Shown here: positions 10,084-18,521 of the stretch, piece by piece
How the letters are laid out: every line of letters begins with the position of its first letter
Position numbering within the stretch: the first letter of the stretch is position 1
Origin: Candidatus Aenigmatarchaeota archaeon
Lineage (GTDB): Archaea > Aenigmatarchaeota > Aenigmatarchaeia > CG10238-14 > SCSR01
Length of the DNA: 64,000 nt
Direction of reading: 5' to 3'
Assembly: GCA_038998335.1 (NCBI GenBank)
Contig: JAVZHQ010000001.1
Location: 448,001-512,000, forward strand
The notes under the pieces: model-generated
Databases searched by the model: none
Seen by the model: the letters and a program-made list of their open reading frames with translations, nothing else
What the model was told of the DNA's origin: nothing
Made by a program: the position numbers and the translations under genes

Positions 10084-10608
10084 ATGGTATCCCTAACTTG
10101 GAGGATTGAAGATGATTGCTTAGCACCACAAGCTAGAATAAGTGTTGAGTATGCTGGGAAAGACCCTTTTAAAGCTTATAAAATTGTGAGGGATACTTTA
10201 AGAAAGGTTTTGGAAGTTGAATCAAAAGATTTGTGGGAAAGAGACTTTAGGTGGGATATAAGCTCTGACCCTAGAGGGTTTTTTGTTAGAGTTTATGTGG
10301 ATAAAGGAATAGACGCTAGGTCAAAAGCTTTGATTGAAGTTATAATGCAGGGTGAAATACCTTCTGATCCAAACAAGGAAGGAAGAATAACAATCCAAAT
10401 TGGTGGAAGATTAAGGACAGAATATAAACTTGAAACAGGATTTCAACAGCTTCCAATCTATAGAGGATTGCTTTGGCTTTATCATAAACTTTTTTATAAT
10501 AGAGTAAGAAGAGGGTATCTCGGAATATGTTATGACTGGATTCAAAAGCTTAACTCTGCTTTTAGAGAAGTTCTTGAAATTTCTGAAGAAGCTTTGGGAA
10601 AAACTTAA
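10084..10608 (+). CDS. Hypothetical protein, paralog of 9522-10076
   Basis: Same motifs as the upstream paralog; 7 bp after its stop. Confidence 0.8.
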   Translation: MVSLTWRIEDDCLAPQARISVEYAGKDPFKAYKIVRDTLRKVLEVESKDLWERDFRWDISSDPRGFFVRVYVDKGIDARSKALIEVIMQGEIPSDPNKEGRITIQIGGRLRTEYKLETGFQQLPIYRGLLWLYHKLFYNRVRRGYLGICYDWIQKLNSAFREVLEISEEALGKT

Positions 10609-10639
10609 TTATTTTAACAGAAAAAACCAAAAAAATAGT

Positions 10640-10912
10640 ATGGGGATCTTTTCTTTTTTGAGGAGAAAGAAAGAACCAAGTATACCAACTGAACTCCCTG
10701 AGTTACCTCCTTTACCTCCCTCGCCTTCATTACCAAAACCAGAAGCAAGTGTTGAATCCTCTTCCATAGAAAATTTAAGAGTAAAGATTGACTTGGTTTT
10801 AACACATATAGATAGCTTAAAAACGCAGTACGAAACTTTAAACGAGAGAATAAAAAATATAGAGCAAATGGTTCAAGAGATTAGAAGCTATTATTATGTT
10901 TATAAGAAGTAA
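10640..10912 (+). CDS. Small protein: amphipathic N-terminus, Pro-rich linker, C-terminal coiled coil
   Basis: MGIFSFLRRKK-(PELPPLPPSPSLP)-LRVKIDLVLTHIDSLKTQYETLNERIKNIE; ATG at 10640 preferred over the overlapping upstream start. Confidence 0.72.
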   Translation: MGIFSFLRRKKEPSIPTELPELPPLPPSPSLPKPEASVESSSIENLRVKIDLVLTHIDSLKTQYETLNERIKNIEQMVQEIRSYYYVYKK

Positions 10913-10950
10913 ACACCTAAGAGTAAAGAAAAAGTATTTTTTATTTTATT

Positions 10951-11436
10951 TCAATCTTCTCTGCAGGATTCGCAGAGCCATGTTCCATTTTTTTTCTTCA
11001 AGTTTTCTGCTACTTGTCCACAAGCCTCACAAATCCCTATTTCGTCTAAATTTTCTTGATCTTCGTTGATAATTACTGGAGAAAGGTTTCGAGTTTTTTC
11101 ATGAACGAAAAAACCTGTGCCAAGAAAGTCAAAGTTGAAAAGGTGAGCAAATTTTTTTGCGAGTTTTATGTCTTTATTGAAAATCCACCAAAAGACTTCA
11201 TTAGTGTAGCAGTAAGGGCATAGAATAGTGTTAGACTTTCTTTTACATTTAACGCAAAACTCTTGCTCATCACTCGAAAAAAAAATTTGTAAGGAAAGAT
11301 GAAAAGCTTGGTATTCAGCTAATAAATTGTTGTTTTCGCTTGAAAGCCATCGAGAAATTGTTTGTCTAAGGCAATCTGTACAAAGGAAATTTATTATGGG
11401 CTCAAGGCAAATCCTGCAGATTATTGTCTCCTCCAT
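10951..11436 (-). CDS. Multi-Zn-finger protein (six CxxC pairs)
   Basis: CRIC, CTDC, CVKC, CPYC, CEAC, CESC. Confidence 0.8.
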   Translation of the reverse strand: MEETIICRICLEPIINFLCTDCLRQTISRWLSSENNNLLAEYQAFHLSLQIFFSSDEQEFCVKCKRKSNTILCPYCYTNEVFWWIFNKDIKLAKKFAHLFNFDFLGTGFFVHEKTRNLSPVIINEDQENLDEIGICEACGQVAENLKKKNGTWLCESCRED

Positions 11437-11438
11437 GT

Positions 11439-11460
11439 TATCCCTTCTTTTCTAGGGATA
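11439..11460 (-). promoter_or_regulatory. 7-bp inverted repeat covering the SD-like sequence of the Zn-finger gene
   Basis: TATCCCT-N8-AGGGATA ending 2 nt upstream of the ATG at 11436. Confidence 0.45.
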
Positions 11461-11548
11461 TATTATTGATTTTTTAGAATATTTAAGGTTTTCCCTCAAA
11501 AAGTAAAATTTAAATATTTTAAAATTATAAAAAATTAAGTGATTTTAA

Positions 11549-12097
11549 ATGAAAATTAAAAATATTTTAGATGATAAAAATCAGTACCTCATTTCACAGC
11601 TTCTAAAAGATGGAAGAATTAAATACACTACACTTGCAAAAGAACTTAAAGTTACACCAGCTGCAATAAAGGAAAGGGTTGAAAGACTTATAGAAAAAAA
11701 GATAATAAAAATAAGCGCTTTAGTTAACTTGCAAAAACTTTATCCTTTAACAGCTTGCATAGGAGTAGAAACTGACGCTGACGGAGTAAACATCCTTATA
11801 AGAAAACTGAGGAATTGCCCTCTCGTTTTAAACTTAATTAAAACTTCTGGAAATCATAATCTAATAGTAAATGTTGTAGGTACTGATATTGCTTTAATAG
11901 ACGAGTTTATAAACAAACAAATAAGGTCTGAGCCTGGGATTAAGCATGTGGAAGTTAACTTAGGGAATACTTTAACCTTGCCAGAATTTGCAAACATAAG
12001 GCTTTTTTACCCAAAAAACAACGAAACTGCACCTTGTGGTTTGAGGTATGATGATGAAACTAGATGCTTAAGATGCCCTGCTTTTTTAAAGGAATGA
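11549..12097 (+). CDS. Lrp/AsnC-family transcription regulator with C-terminal Cys motif
   Basis: L..DGR..Y..LAKEL.VT..AIKERVERL HTH; RAM domain (SGNHNL); tail APCG...CLRCP. Confidence 0.85.
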   Translation: MKIKNILDDKNQYLISQLLKDGRIKYTTLAKELKVTPAAIKERVERLIEKKIIKISALVNLQKLYPLTACIGVETDADGVNILIRKLRNCPLVLNLIKTSGNHNLIVNVVGTDIALIDEFINKQIRSEPGIKHVEVNLGNTLTLPEFANIRLFYPKNNETAPCGLRYDDETRCLRCPAFLKE

Positions 12098-12101
12098 AAT
12101 T

Positions 12102-12611
12102 ATGGAAGAAAAAATAAAAGAGTTAAAAGAGATTGAAGAAAGAGTTTACAAGAATTTTGACGAAAGAGAAAGGATGAAAATGCTGGGAAATATTGCTGGA
12201 AAAATTATATGCACCATGGCCAAGCACTTAGTTAAGGACACAGGCTATAGCGCAACAAAAAAAATAATAGAAAGGGAGTTGAGGGAAATAGGAAAGAGTG
12301 ATGCAGAAAGTATAGTAAAACTTCTTAACACACAGGAAAAAAACGCTGAAACTGCTTCTAAGGCTTTAAAGATTGCTGCCTTAATATTAGGTTTAAAGCT
12401 TGGTATAGTTAACAACCATACCGTAATTGTAGAATGTCCTTATGGAGCAGAAGTTATGAGGTTAAAAGATCCGTTTTTCTGTGCAATATGCCATGAGTAT
12501 TGCAAAGGAATAGTCGAAAAAATTGCTGGCGAGAATTATACTCTTGTCCAAAATTCAAGCTTAACAAAAGGCGATGAATTTTGTTCTTTTGACGTGAAGA
12601 AAAGATTTTAA
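12102..12611 (+). CDS. V4R-like ligand-binding domain protein
   Basis: ECPYG...FCAICHEYCKG...GDEFCSF pattern typical of V4R. Confidence 0.7.
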   Translation: MEEKIKELKEIEERVYKNFDERERMKMLGNIAGKIICTMAKHLVKDTGYSATKKIIERELREIGKSDAESIVKLLNTQEKNAETASKALKIAALILGLKLGIVNNHTVIVECPYGAEVMRLKDPFFCAICHEYCKGIVEKIAGENYTLVQNSSLTKGDEFCSFDVKKRF

Positions 12612-12643
12612 TCTTTAACTGTATCTAATTATTAGGGATAAGC

Positions 12644-13567
12644 TTGGTAGCTCAAAAAAATTTAAAGATTAGTCTTTATAAACTTCCTGACAGCAACTAC
12701 ATTCATAAAACTTTTAAGGAAGTTTGCAGAAAATTAGAGATTAAACCTTCTCAAGAAGATTTGGAAAGGCTAGTGGTTTATGACATGACTGATGGGATGA
12801 GAACAACTACTAAGCTTATAGGAGCTGATTCTTATTTTGACGGTGCAATTTTTGTGCTCAAGCTTGGACATATTTTAAAAGAATTAGGAAGTAAATGCTT
12901 GTACACTAATGTTGCAGAAGAGAAACATGCTCAAAGAAAAAATTGGCCTGACATTCTAGCTGCTCTAAAGCGTTGTCCAAGAATTTATGAGAATTATGCC
13001 ATGGAAAATGATGTTAGACTAATATTCTTGGGAGATTATCGTAAAATGGACCCTTCAGGAGATTTGGGAAGAGAAATAGATATGCTAATGGAAAAAACTG
13101 CTAATAACAAAAGTTTTACTTCTGTCTATCTCTTAGGCTATTCTCCTGAATGGGCAGAATTAAATCGAGAATTATGGGAAGGTTTGCCTGAAATAACAGT
13201 AACAATAAGACACGCGAAGCTAAGGTTTTCTACAGGAATGCAACTTCCTCCTGAAAAGTCAGAAAATACTGAATTTGTTTATGTTCAGCAAGGCTCAGCA
13301 GATTCTACTTGGAAAGATTATCAAAAGATTTGCTTAGCTGGAATTGCTTTAAGGAGCATGCTGATAAACGAGTTGGGAACGCAATATTGGAAGGAATACA
13401 CAAGAAAAGAGGCAGAAATGATAAGAAGGTTAAGAGAGGAAGAGTTGTATTATAGACGCTTTTATCTTTTTGAACCTCATCCTTATTGTGGGTTTACAAA
13501 GTATCCTCCTTTAACTAAAAGAGCTATAATAGGAAGTCCTTTTGGTCCTGAAGAGATTCTTTTTTAA
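12644..13567 (+). CDS. Divergent cis-prenyltransferase-fold enzyme (UppS/Rv3378c-like)
   Basis: DGMRT in place of DGNRR/DGTRR; VRLIFLGDYRK; TANNK...LLGYS; RFSTG. Confidence 0.65.
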   Translation: MVAQKNLKISLYKLPDSNYIHKTFKEVCRKLEIKPSQEDLERLVVYDMTDGMRTTTKLIGADSYFDGAIFVLKLGHILKELGSKCLYTNVAEEKHAQRKNWPDILAALKRCPRIYENYAMENDVRLIFLGDYRKMDPSGDLGREIDMLMEKTANNKSFTSVYLLGYSPEWAELNRELWEGLPEITVTIRHAKLRFSTGMQLPPEKSENTEFVYVQQGSADSTWKDYQKICLAGIALRSMLINELGTQYWKEYTRKEAEMIRRLREEELYYRRFYLFEPHPYCGFTKYPPLTKRAIIGSPFGPEEILF

Positions 13568-14619
13568 ATTAAACCAAACCTTTTGAAGAAATTAGCTTTT
13601 TCTTTCTTTGCTTGAGTTTCAATCATTAAAGCCAAGCCCTGATGAGTTCTTGGGTCAAACTTAAGTTTTTTTATTTCTTTCAAAGCTTTTTCCATTTTTT
13701 GCTTGTAAGGCTCATCCATCTTATCAAGAATTTTTGGGTCTTCTTTTATAAGCCTTCTTACTAGTTCTTTGTTTATTTCTTTAGCGTCTTTGAACTTACA
13801 AATTGCAGTTGTTATTATCGGGTTTGTTTCCAAATTTTCTATATCCTTTTCAATTTTCTGAACGTCGTTTACCCATAATTGTAAACGAGTTCCTCCAACA
13901 GTAAAAAATTCACTTTCTAATTCTTCTAAAACTTTGTTTTTTCCTCCGCTTTCTAAATAAGCTATACGAGCTGCGCATCCTCCCATCAATCCTAACTTCT
14001 CAACAAGAAGCTCCATACAAGCTTGATAACTTGGATACTTTTCTCTTAATCTTTCGAAATCGCCTCGAAGGTAGCACAAATGATCCTCTATATCTTTTTG
14101 TTGACCTTCCATAACTTTTTCTTTTTCTGAAAGATAGATTTGGAAAGAAGAAGGATTTAGCTTTCCAAATCTTTCGTTCACAAGGTTATCTAAATTGTTA
14201 ACTATATTCTTGTAAATTTCATGTTTATGAAGTTTTTCTTGTAAAGTTTTTTCGTCAAGTTTTTTGAAAGCAAGAACTCTTGGGTCATATTCATCATTAT
14301 CTGTATCCATTATATCGCCAAGACCAAAAGCAAGCCTTATTGTTGTCACAACCTCTAAAACATGAGGATTTTTTATAGCTTGCTTAAAGCCAAGATTTGC
14401 GCCACATATGGTTAAAGCTTCTACAGTTCCTGCAGCATAAAGCCTTGTTTGGTAGTTTAAAACTTCATGAATTTCTTCCTCTCTTGTTGGTGAATCTACA
14501 TCAAGATAATAGTTGAGAATGGCTTTTTCCATCCTAGGTTTAATTACTTGGGTATCTAGTTGCATATAAGTAAACAATCTTTTGTAGAGCTGTTTTCCTA
14601 ACCATTCTTTAAATTTCAT
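13564..14619 (-). CDS. Divergent class I isoprenoid synthase (polyprenyl synthase/terpene synthase fold)
   Basis: Asp-rich DIMDTDND, GQQKD, EKLG, LQLWVNDVQKIEKDIE in the order expected for FARM, GQxxD, KT, SARM. Confidence 0.6.
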   Translation of the reverse strand: MKFKEWLGKQLYKRLFTYMQLDTQVIKPRMEKAILNYYLDVDSPTREEEIHEVLNYQTRLYAAGTVEALTICGANLGFKQAIKNPHVLEVVTTIRLAFGLGDIMDTDNDEYDPRVLAFKKLDEKTLQEKLHKHEIYKNIVNNLDNLVNERFGKLNPSSFQIYLSEKEKVMEGQQKDIEDHLCYLRGDFERLREKYPSYQACMELLVEKLGLMGGCAARIAYLESGGKNKVLEELESEFFTVGGTRLQLWVNDVQKIEKDIENLETNPIITTAICKFKDAKEINKELVRRLIKEDPKILDKMDEPYKQKMEKALKEIKKLKFDPRTHQGLALMIETQAKKEKANFFKRFGLI

Positions 14620-14660
14620 AAATTAAAAGAAAATTAGTTAAAGATTTAAGCTTTTTGTAG

Positions 14661-15815
14661 CTATGCTGGAACAATTTTCATCTCAGCCAATATTTTTGCC
14701 GTAGTAACAGAATCAAGAGTATTGCCTTTTACTACATAACGCTCCAACACACCGTTAAACCTTCCTCTTTCTTCTTTTCTTAACCTTAAAGCTTCTTCAG
14801 GTACTTTAACCATTACTGTTGGTTCTATTCCAAGTTGTAAGGAATTAACTGGCATTTGCATGTATTCTAGTTTTTTAAGTAAATCGTACCATTTCACGTT
14901 TTCAACAGGATCCTCTAGTTGTTCGTATAAGTACATGACAAAAGAAGTCCATAAGGCAACTTGATGACCATGACGTGCAGGTTTTGGCGCAAGTCTATCG
15001 GTAGCGTGAGATAAATCATGTTCTGATCCAGAAGCTCCCAAGGTTGAGTTATTTATTATCATTCCTTCTCCACATTTTATACAAGCATCAACGACTTCTG
15101 GTATAACTTTTTCTTTATAAAAAAAAGATGTACTTCCAGAAGGTATGTTTTTCTCTTGCATTTCATCTATTAAACTTAAAAGTTTTTTAGCAGGTTGTAG
15201 GAATAAAGACAGGGCAATTTCTTCTTTGTAAGAATCAGGCTCTTGATATTTCCAATCTTTTACAGCTGTAAGTTTTCCTAGAACATCGCCAATAGCAGCG
15301 GTGATAGAAGAGTAAGGAGCTTCTTGAATTATCTTGAAGGGAATTATTAAGCCTATTGGCGGAGAAACATCTAACGATATAAACTCTTTGTTTTTAATAG
15401 AGCATCGAGGTGAAATCAAACCATCATGAGAAACTGTAGTTGCAAAATGGGTAAAATAAACTCTTTTTTCTGGTTTGCTTGCAAGTTGTACTGCATACTT
15501 AGTTACATCTTCTACTGTTCCACCACCAACACTTAAAACTAGGTTGTATTTTTTTCTTTGAATGAGTTGAGCAATTCTGCTCCCTTCTTCACTTGTCGCA
15601 GACTCAACAGCAAAAGGACCTTCAAGCTTATAACTAGAAATATTTTTACACAAATCTTGAGCAATGCCATAAGTTATTCCTTTTTCTCTTCCGCTTATCA
15701 CTCCTATGCTTCCTTTTGGAATCTCAATTTTATCAAAAAGTTTAGCTACGTTTTCGTAGATATCTTGATTGGGTTTAATCTTAACTATCTTCGGTAGTTT
15801 TGGCTCTTGCATCAT
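14661..15815 (-). CDS. egsA: sn-glycerol-1-phosphate dehydrogenase-like (Fe-ADH/DHQS superfamily)
   Basis: GGGTVEDVTK, TTVSHDGLISP, AIGDVLGKLTAVKDW, SGSEHDLSHA, HGHQVA. Confidence 0.8.
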   Translation of the reverse strand: MMQEPKLPKIVKIKPNQDIYENVAKLFDKIEIPKGSIGVISGREKGITYGIAQDLCKNISSYKLEGPFAVESATSEEGSRIAQLIQRKKYNLVLSVGGGTVEDVTKYAVQLASKPEKRVYFTHFATTVSHDGLISPRCSIKNKEFISLDVSPPIGLIIPFKIIQEAPYSSITAAIGDVLGKLTAVKDWKYQEPDSYKEEIALSLFLQPAKKLLSLIDEMQEKNIPSGSTSFFYKEKVIPEVVDACIKCGEGMIINNSTLGASGSEHDLSHATDRLAPKPARHGHQVALWTSFVMYLYEQLEDPVENVKWYDLLKKLEYMQMPVNSLQLGIEPTVMVKVPEEALRLRKEERGRFNGVLERYVVKGNTLDSVTTAKILAEMKIVPA

Positions 15816-15850
15816 ATCAAATACTTTTAGTAAAACTTAAATATTTGTTT

Positions 15851-17629
15851 TTAAACTTTCCAGTATTCACCTTTTTCCTTTTGTTCTAAATCAAGTTGAG
15901 AGTTAAGCTTGTTAGCTCTGGGTCTTCCTGTTTGAGGGTCTTTCCTGAAAGTTATTCCAACGTTTTTTAAAAAAAGGTTAAAAGCTTCTTTAATTCTTTT
16001 AACTTCCTCTACATAACCTTTTATTCCTGGTTCTCCCAAAAAAACCATTGCCCTACTTCCTACTTGACTTAGGAAAAGTAAATCATGGTCTATAACTATA
16101 CAACTTTTTTCTTTTAAATCAACTAGCTTGTTCAAAAGTTTGGCAAGGCTAAGCCTTTGCTCTACATCCAAGAAAGCAGAAGGTTCGTCTAAAAGGTAAA
16201 GGTCAGAATCCTTGGAAAGGCAATAAGCTATAGAAACTCTTTGAAGCTCGCCTCCTGAAAGCTCTTTTATCTTTCTTTCCAAAAGCTTTTCCAGAGCTAA
16301 AGGTTTAGCTATTTCTATTTTGTATTCATCTTTTTCAACATCTGCTACAGAGCTTAAGTATTCCTTGACTGTGCCTTCAAAATTTATTTCAATGTACTGT
16401 GGCTTGTAGGAAATTTTAACCGAAGAGCTAAGTTTTCCTTTATCAGGCTTTAATTCTCCTGCTAGAATTCTTGCAAAAGTTGTTTTTCCTAAGGCATTAG
16501 CTCCGAGAATTGCTAAAACTTCTTTTTTTCTTAAATCGCCTTTTTCTATTTCAAGAGAAAAGCCATTAAGCTTCTTTGAAATGTTTTCAAAAGAAACTAA
16601 AATTTCCTGTGAAATTCCTCTTTCAGAAATGCTTGAGAAAAAGGTTATTGGCTCTTCCCTAAACCTTACGTTATCTTCTTTTATGTAGCCATCAAGAAAA
16701 ACGTTTATTCCTACTCTTGTGCTATAAGGCTTAGAAACTATTCCATAAGCTCCTGGATAACCGTAAAAAATGTGAACTCTATCAGCTAAAAAGTCTAAAG
16801 TTGCTAAGTCATGGTCTACTATTAAAACTGATTTCTCGCTTGAATATTCTTTTATAATTTTTGCCATGCTTAGCCTTTGAAAAACGTCAAGAAAGCTTGT
16901 TGGCTCATCGAAATAAAAAATGTCTGCATCTTTCAAAAGACAAGCAATTATCGCAACCCTTTGAAGCTCGCCCCCTGAAAGCTCGTTAATCTCTTTTTCT
17001 ACTATACTTTCGAGGTTTGTTTTTTTGAGAAGTTCGTTTAAAATTTTTCTTTCGTCTATTTTTTCCAAGAGTTTTGAAACCTTTCCTTTGTAAAATTTTG
17101 GTATTTGGTCAACTCTTTGAGGTTTGTAAGAAACCCTTATTTTCCCTTCTTTCATTTCCTCAAGGTAAGCCTGAAGTTCTGTTCCACGAAAAATTTTAAT
17201 CAAACTTGAAAAATCTGCCTCGCTACCAAAATTCCCAAGGTTTGGCTTTATTTCTCCTGCTAGAATTCTTAGCGCAGTAGTTTTTCCTGTACCGTTTGGC
17301 CCAACTAAACCAACAATCTTACCTTTTACAGGAAAAGGCAACCTAAAAAGTGCAAACTCATTAGGGCCAAACCTGTGAATTGGTGCTTCCTCAAGCTCTT
17401 TTGGTAAGTTAACTATGCTTAAGGCTTTAAAGCCTGCTCTTTCACAAGCTTTAACGCATAAAGCACAGCCAATACAAATGTTTTCGTCTATTCTTGGAAA
17501 GTTAGTTTCTTCTTCAACTACTATACATTCTTCTCCACTTCTATTCTTTGGACAAACTTTTATGCATTGATAATTACATTTTTCTGGCTTGCATAGCTCC
17601 TTATCTACTACTGCTATCCTTTTTGCCAT
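15851..17629 (-). CDS. rli: ABCE1/RLI ribosome recycling ATPase
   Basis: N-terminal twin Fe-S Cys motifs; two ABC domains (GPNGTGKTT, GANALGKTT, LSGGELQR); RPRANK tail. Confidence 0.96.
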   Translation of the reverse strand: MAKRIAVVDKELCKPEKCNYQCIKVCPKNRSGEECIVVEEETNFPRIDENICIGCALCVKACERAGFKALSIVNLPKELEEAPIHRFGPNEFALFRLPFPVKGKIVGLVGPNGTGKTTALRILAGEIKPNLGNFGSEADFSSLIKIFRGTELQAYLEEMKEGKIRVSYKPQRVDQIPKFYKGKVSKLLEKIDERKILNELLKKTNLESIVEKEINELSGGELQRVAIIACLLKDADIFYFDEPTSFLDVFQRLSMAKIIKEYSSEKSVLIVDHDLATLDFLADRVHIFYGYPGAYGIVSKPYSTRVGINVFLDGYIKEDNVRFREEPITFFSSISERGISQEILVSFENISKKLNGFSLEIEKGDLRKKEVLAILGANALGKTTFARILAGELKPDKGKLSSSVKISYKPQYIEINFEGTVKEYLSSVADVEKDEYKIEIAKPLALEKLLERKIKELSGGELQRVSIAYCLSKDSDLYLLDEPSAFLDVEQRLSLAKLLNKLVDLKEKSCIVIDHDLLFLSQVGSRAMVFLGEPGIKGYVEEVKRIKEAFNLFLKNVGITFRKDPQTGRPRANKLNSQLDLEQKEKGEYWKV

Positions 17630-17633
17630 AACA

Positions 17634-18476
17634 TTAAGATTGTTTAGAAGAGATAAGTTTTTTTCTTGTAAGGAAAAGGAAGTAATAGGTTTTTGCTGTT
17701 GTTAGGAAAACATAAGAATAAGAAAGGAAAAAGGAAAGAACAGCTAAAGCTACTGTTATTCTTTCGGGATTGTTTGTTATTAAACCGATAATTTGAATTA
17801 AACCAGCCTGCGAAAGCTCGCCATAAGTTGAGAAGATTTGATAAACAAAAACTATTTGAGAGAAAAGAGGTGAAAGTGAAAGAATTACAAGGAAAAATGA
17901 AGAAAAAAGGATGGAAAAATAGATTAGATAGAGAAAAAGCCAAAATAGAAAAGATGTCAAAAGATTTTTAATAACTAGCGAATAACTTCTTTTCATAGCT
18001 TCAAGGAAGTCCTCTCTGTTTATAACTATTGATGGCAAGGAAAGAAGGAAAACAAAGCTTACAAGAAATCTTAGGAGCAAACCAAAACTTCCAAAAAAAT
18101 ATAGAAAAAGGTTGATAAAAGTTAGAAAAAAGAATAAACCCAAGATTTGAGGTAAAAGTTTTTTTGAGAATTTTAATCCAGCGTTTAAACCTTCTTTTCT
18201 CCAGACATCATAAACCAAAGCTCCTGAAAGCCAGCAGTTGAAAACAAAAACGATAAAAGAAATTGCCACAAGGATTGAAGAGTTTATAAGAATTAGATTA
18301 AGGTTTTCTTGAGTTAACTTTAAAATTAAAAAGTTTGGTAAAATGCTTATTAGTGGCAAAAGAAAGAAAAGAGAAATGAAAGAAGAAATGAAGTAGAGCG
18401 TAAAAAAAGGAAAAATTCTTTTAAACTTGAGAGAATCTGCTAAACTTTTTTTATAGATTTCAAGTGTCTTCATCAA
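17634..18476 (-). CDS. Polytopic membrane protein of unknown function
   Basis: About 6 hydrophobic helices. Confidence 0.75.
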   Translation of the reverse strand: MMKTLEIYKKSLADSLKFKRIFPFFTLYFISSFISLFFLLPLISILPNFLILKLTQENLNLILINSSILVAISFIVFVFNCWLSGALVYDVWRKEGLNAGLKFSKKLLPQILGLFFFLTFINLFLYFFGSFGLLLRFLVSFVFLLSLPSIVINREDFLEAMKRSYSLVIKNLLTSFLFWLFLYLIYFSILFSSFFLVILSLSPLFSQIVFVYQIFSTYGELSQAGLIQIIGLITNNPERITVALAVLSFFLSYSYVFLTTAKTYYFLFLTRKKLISSKQS

Positions 18477-18521
18477 TAAAAATTAGAAAGTTTGAAATAT
18501 AAGTAGCACAAATGTTAATTG

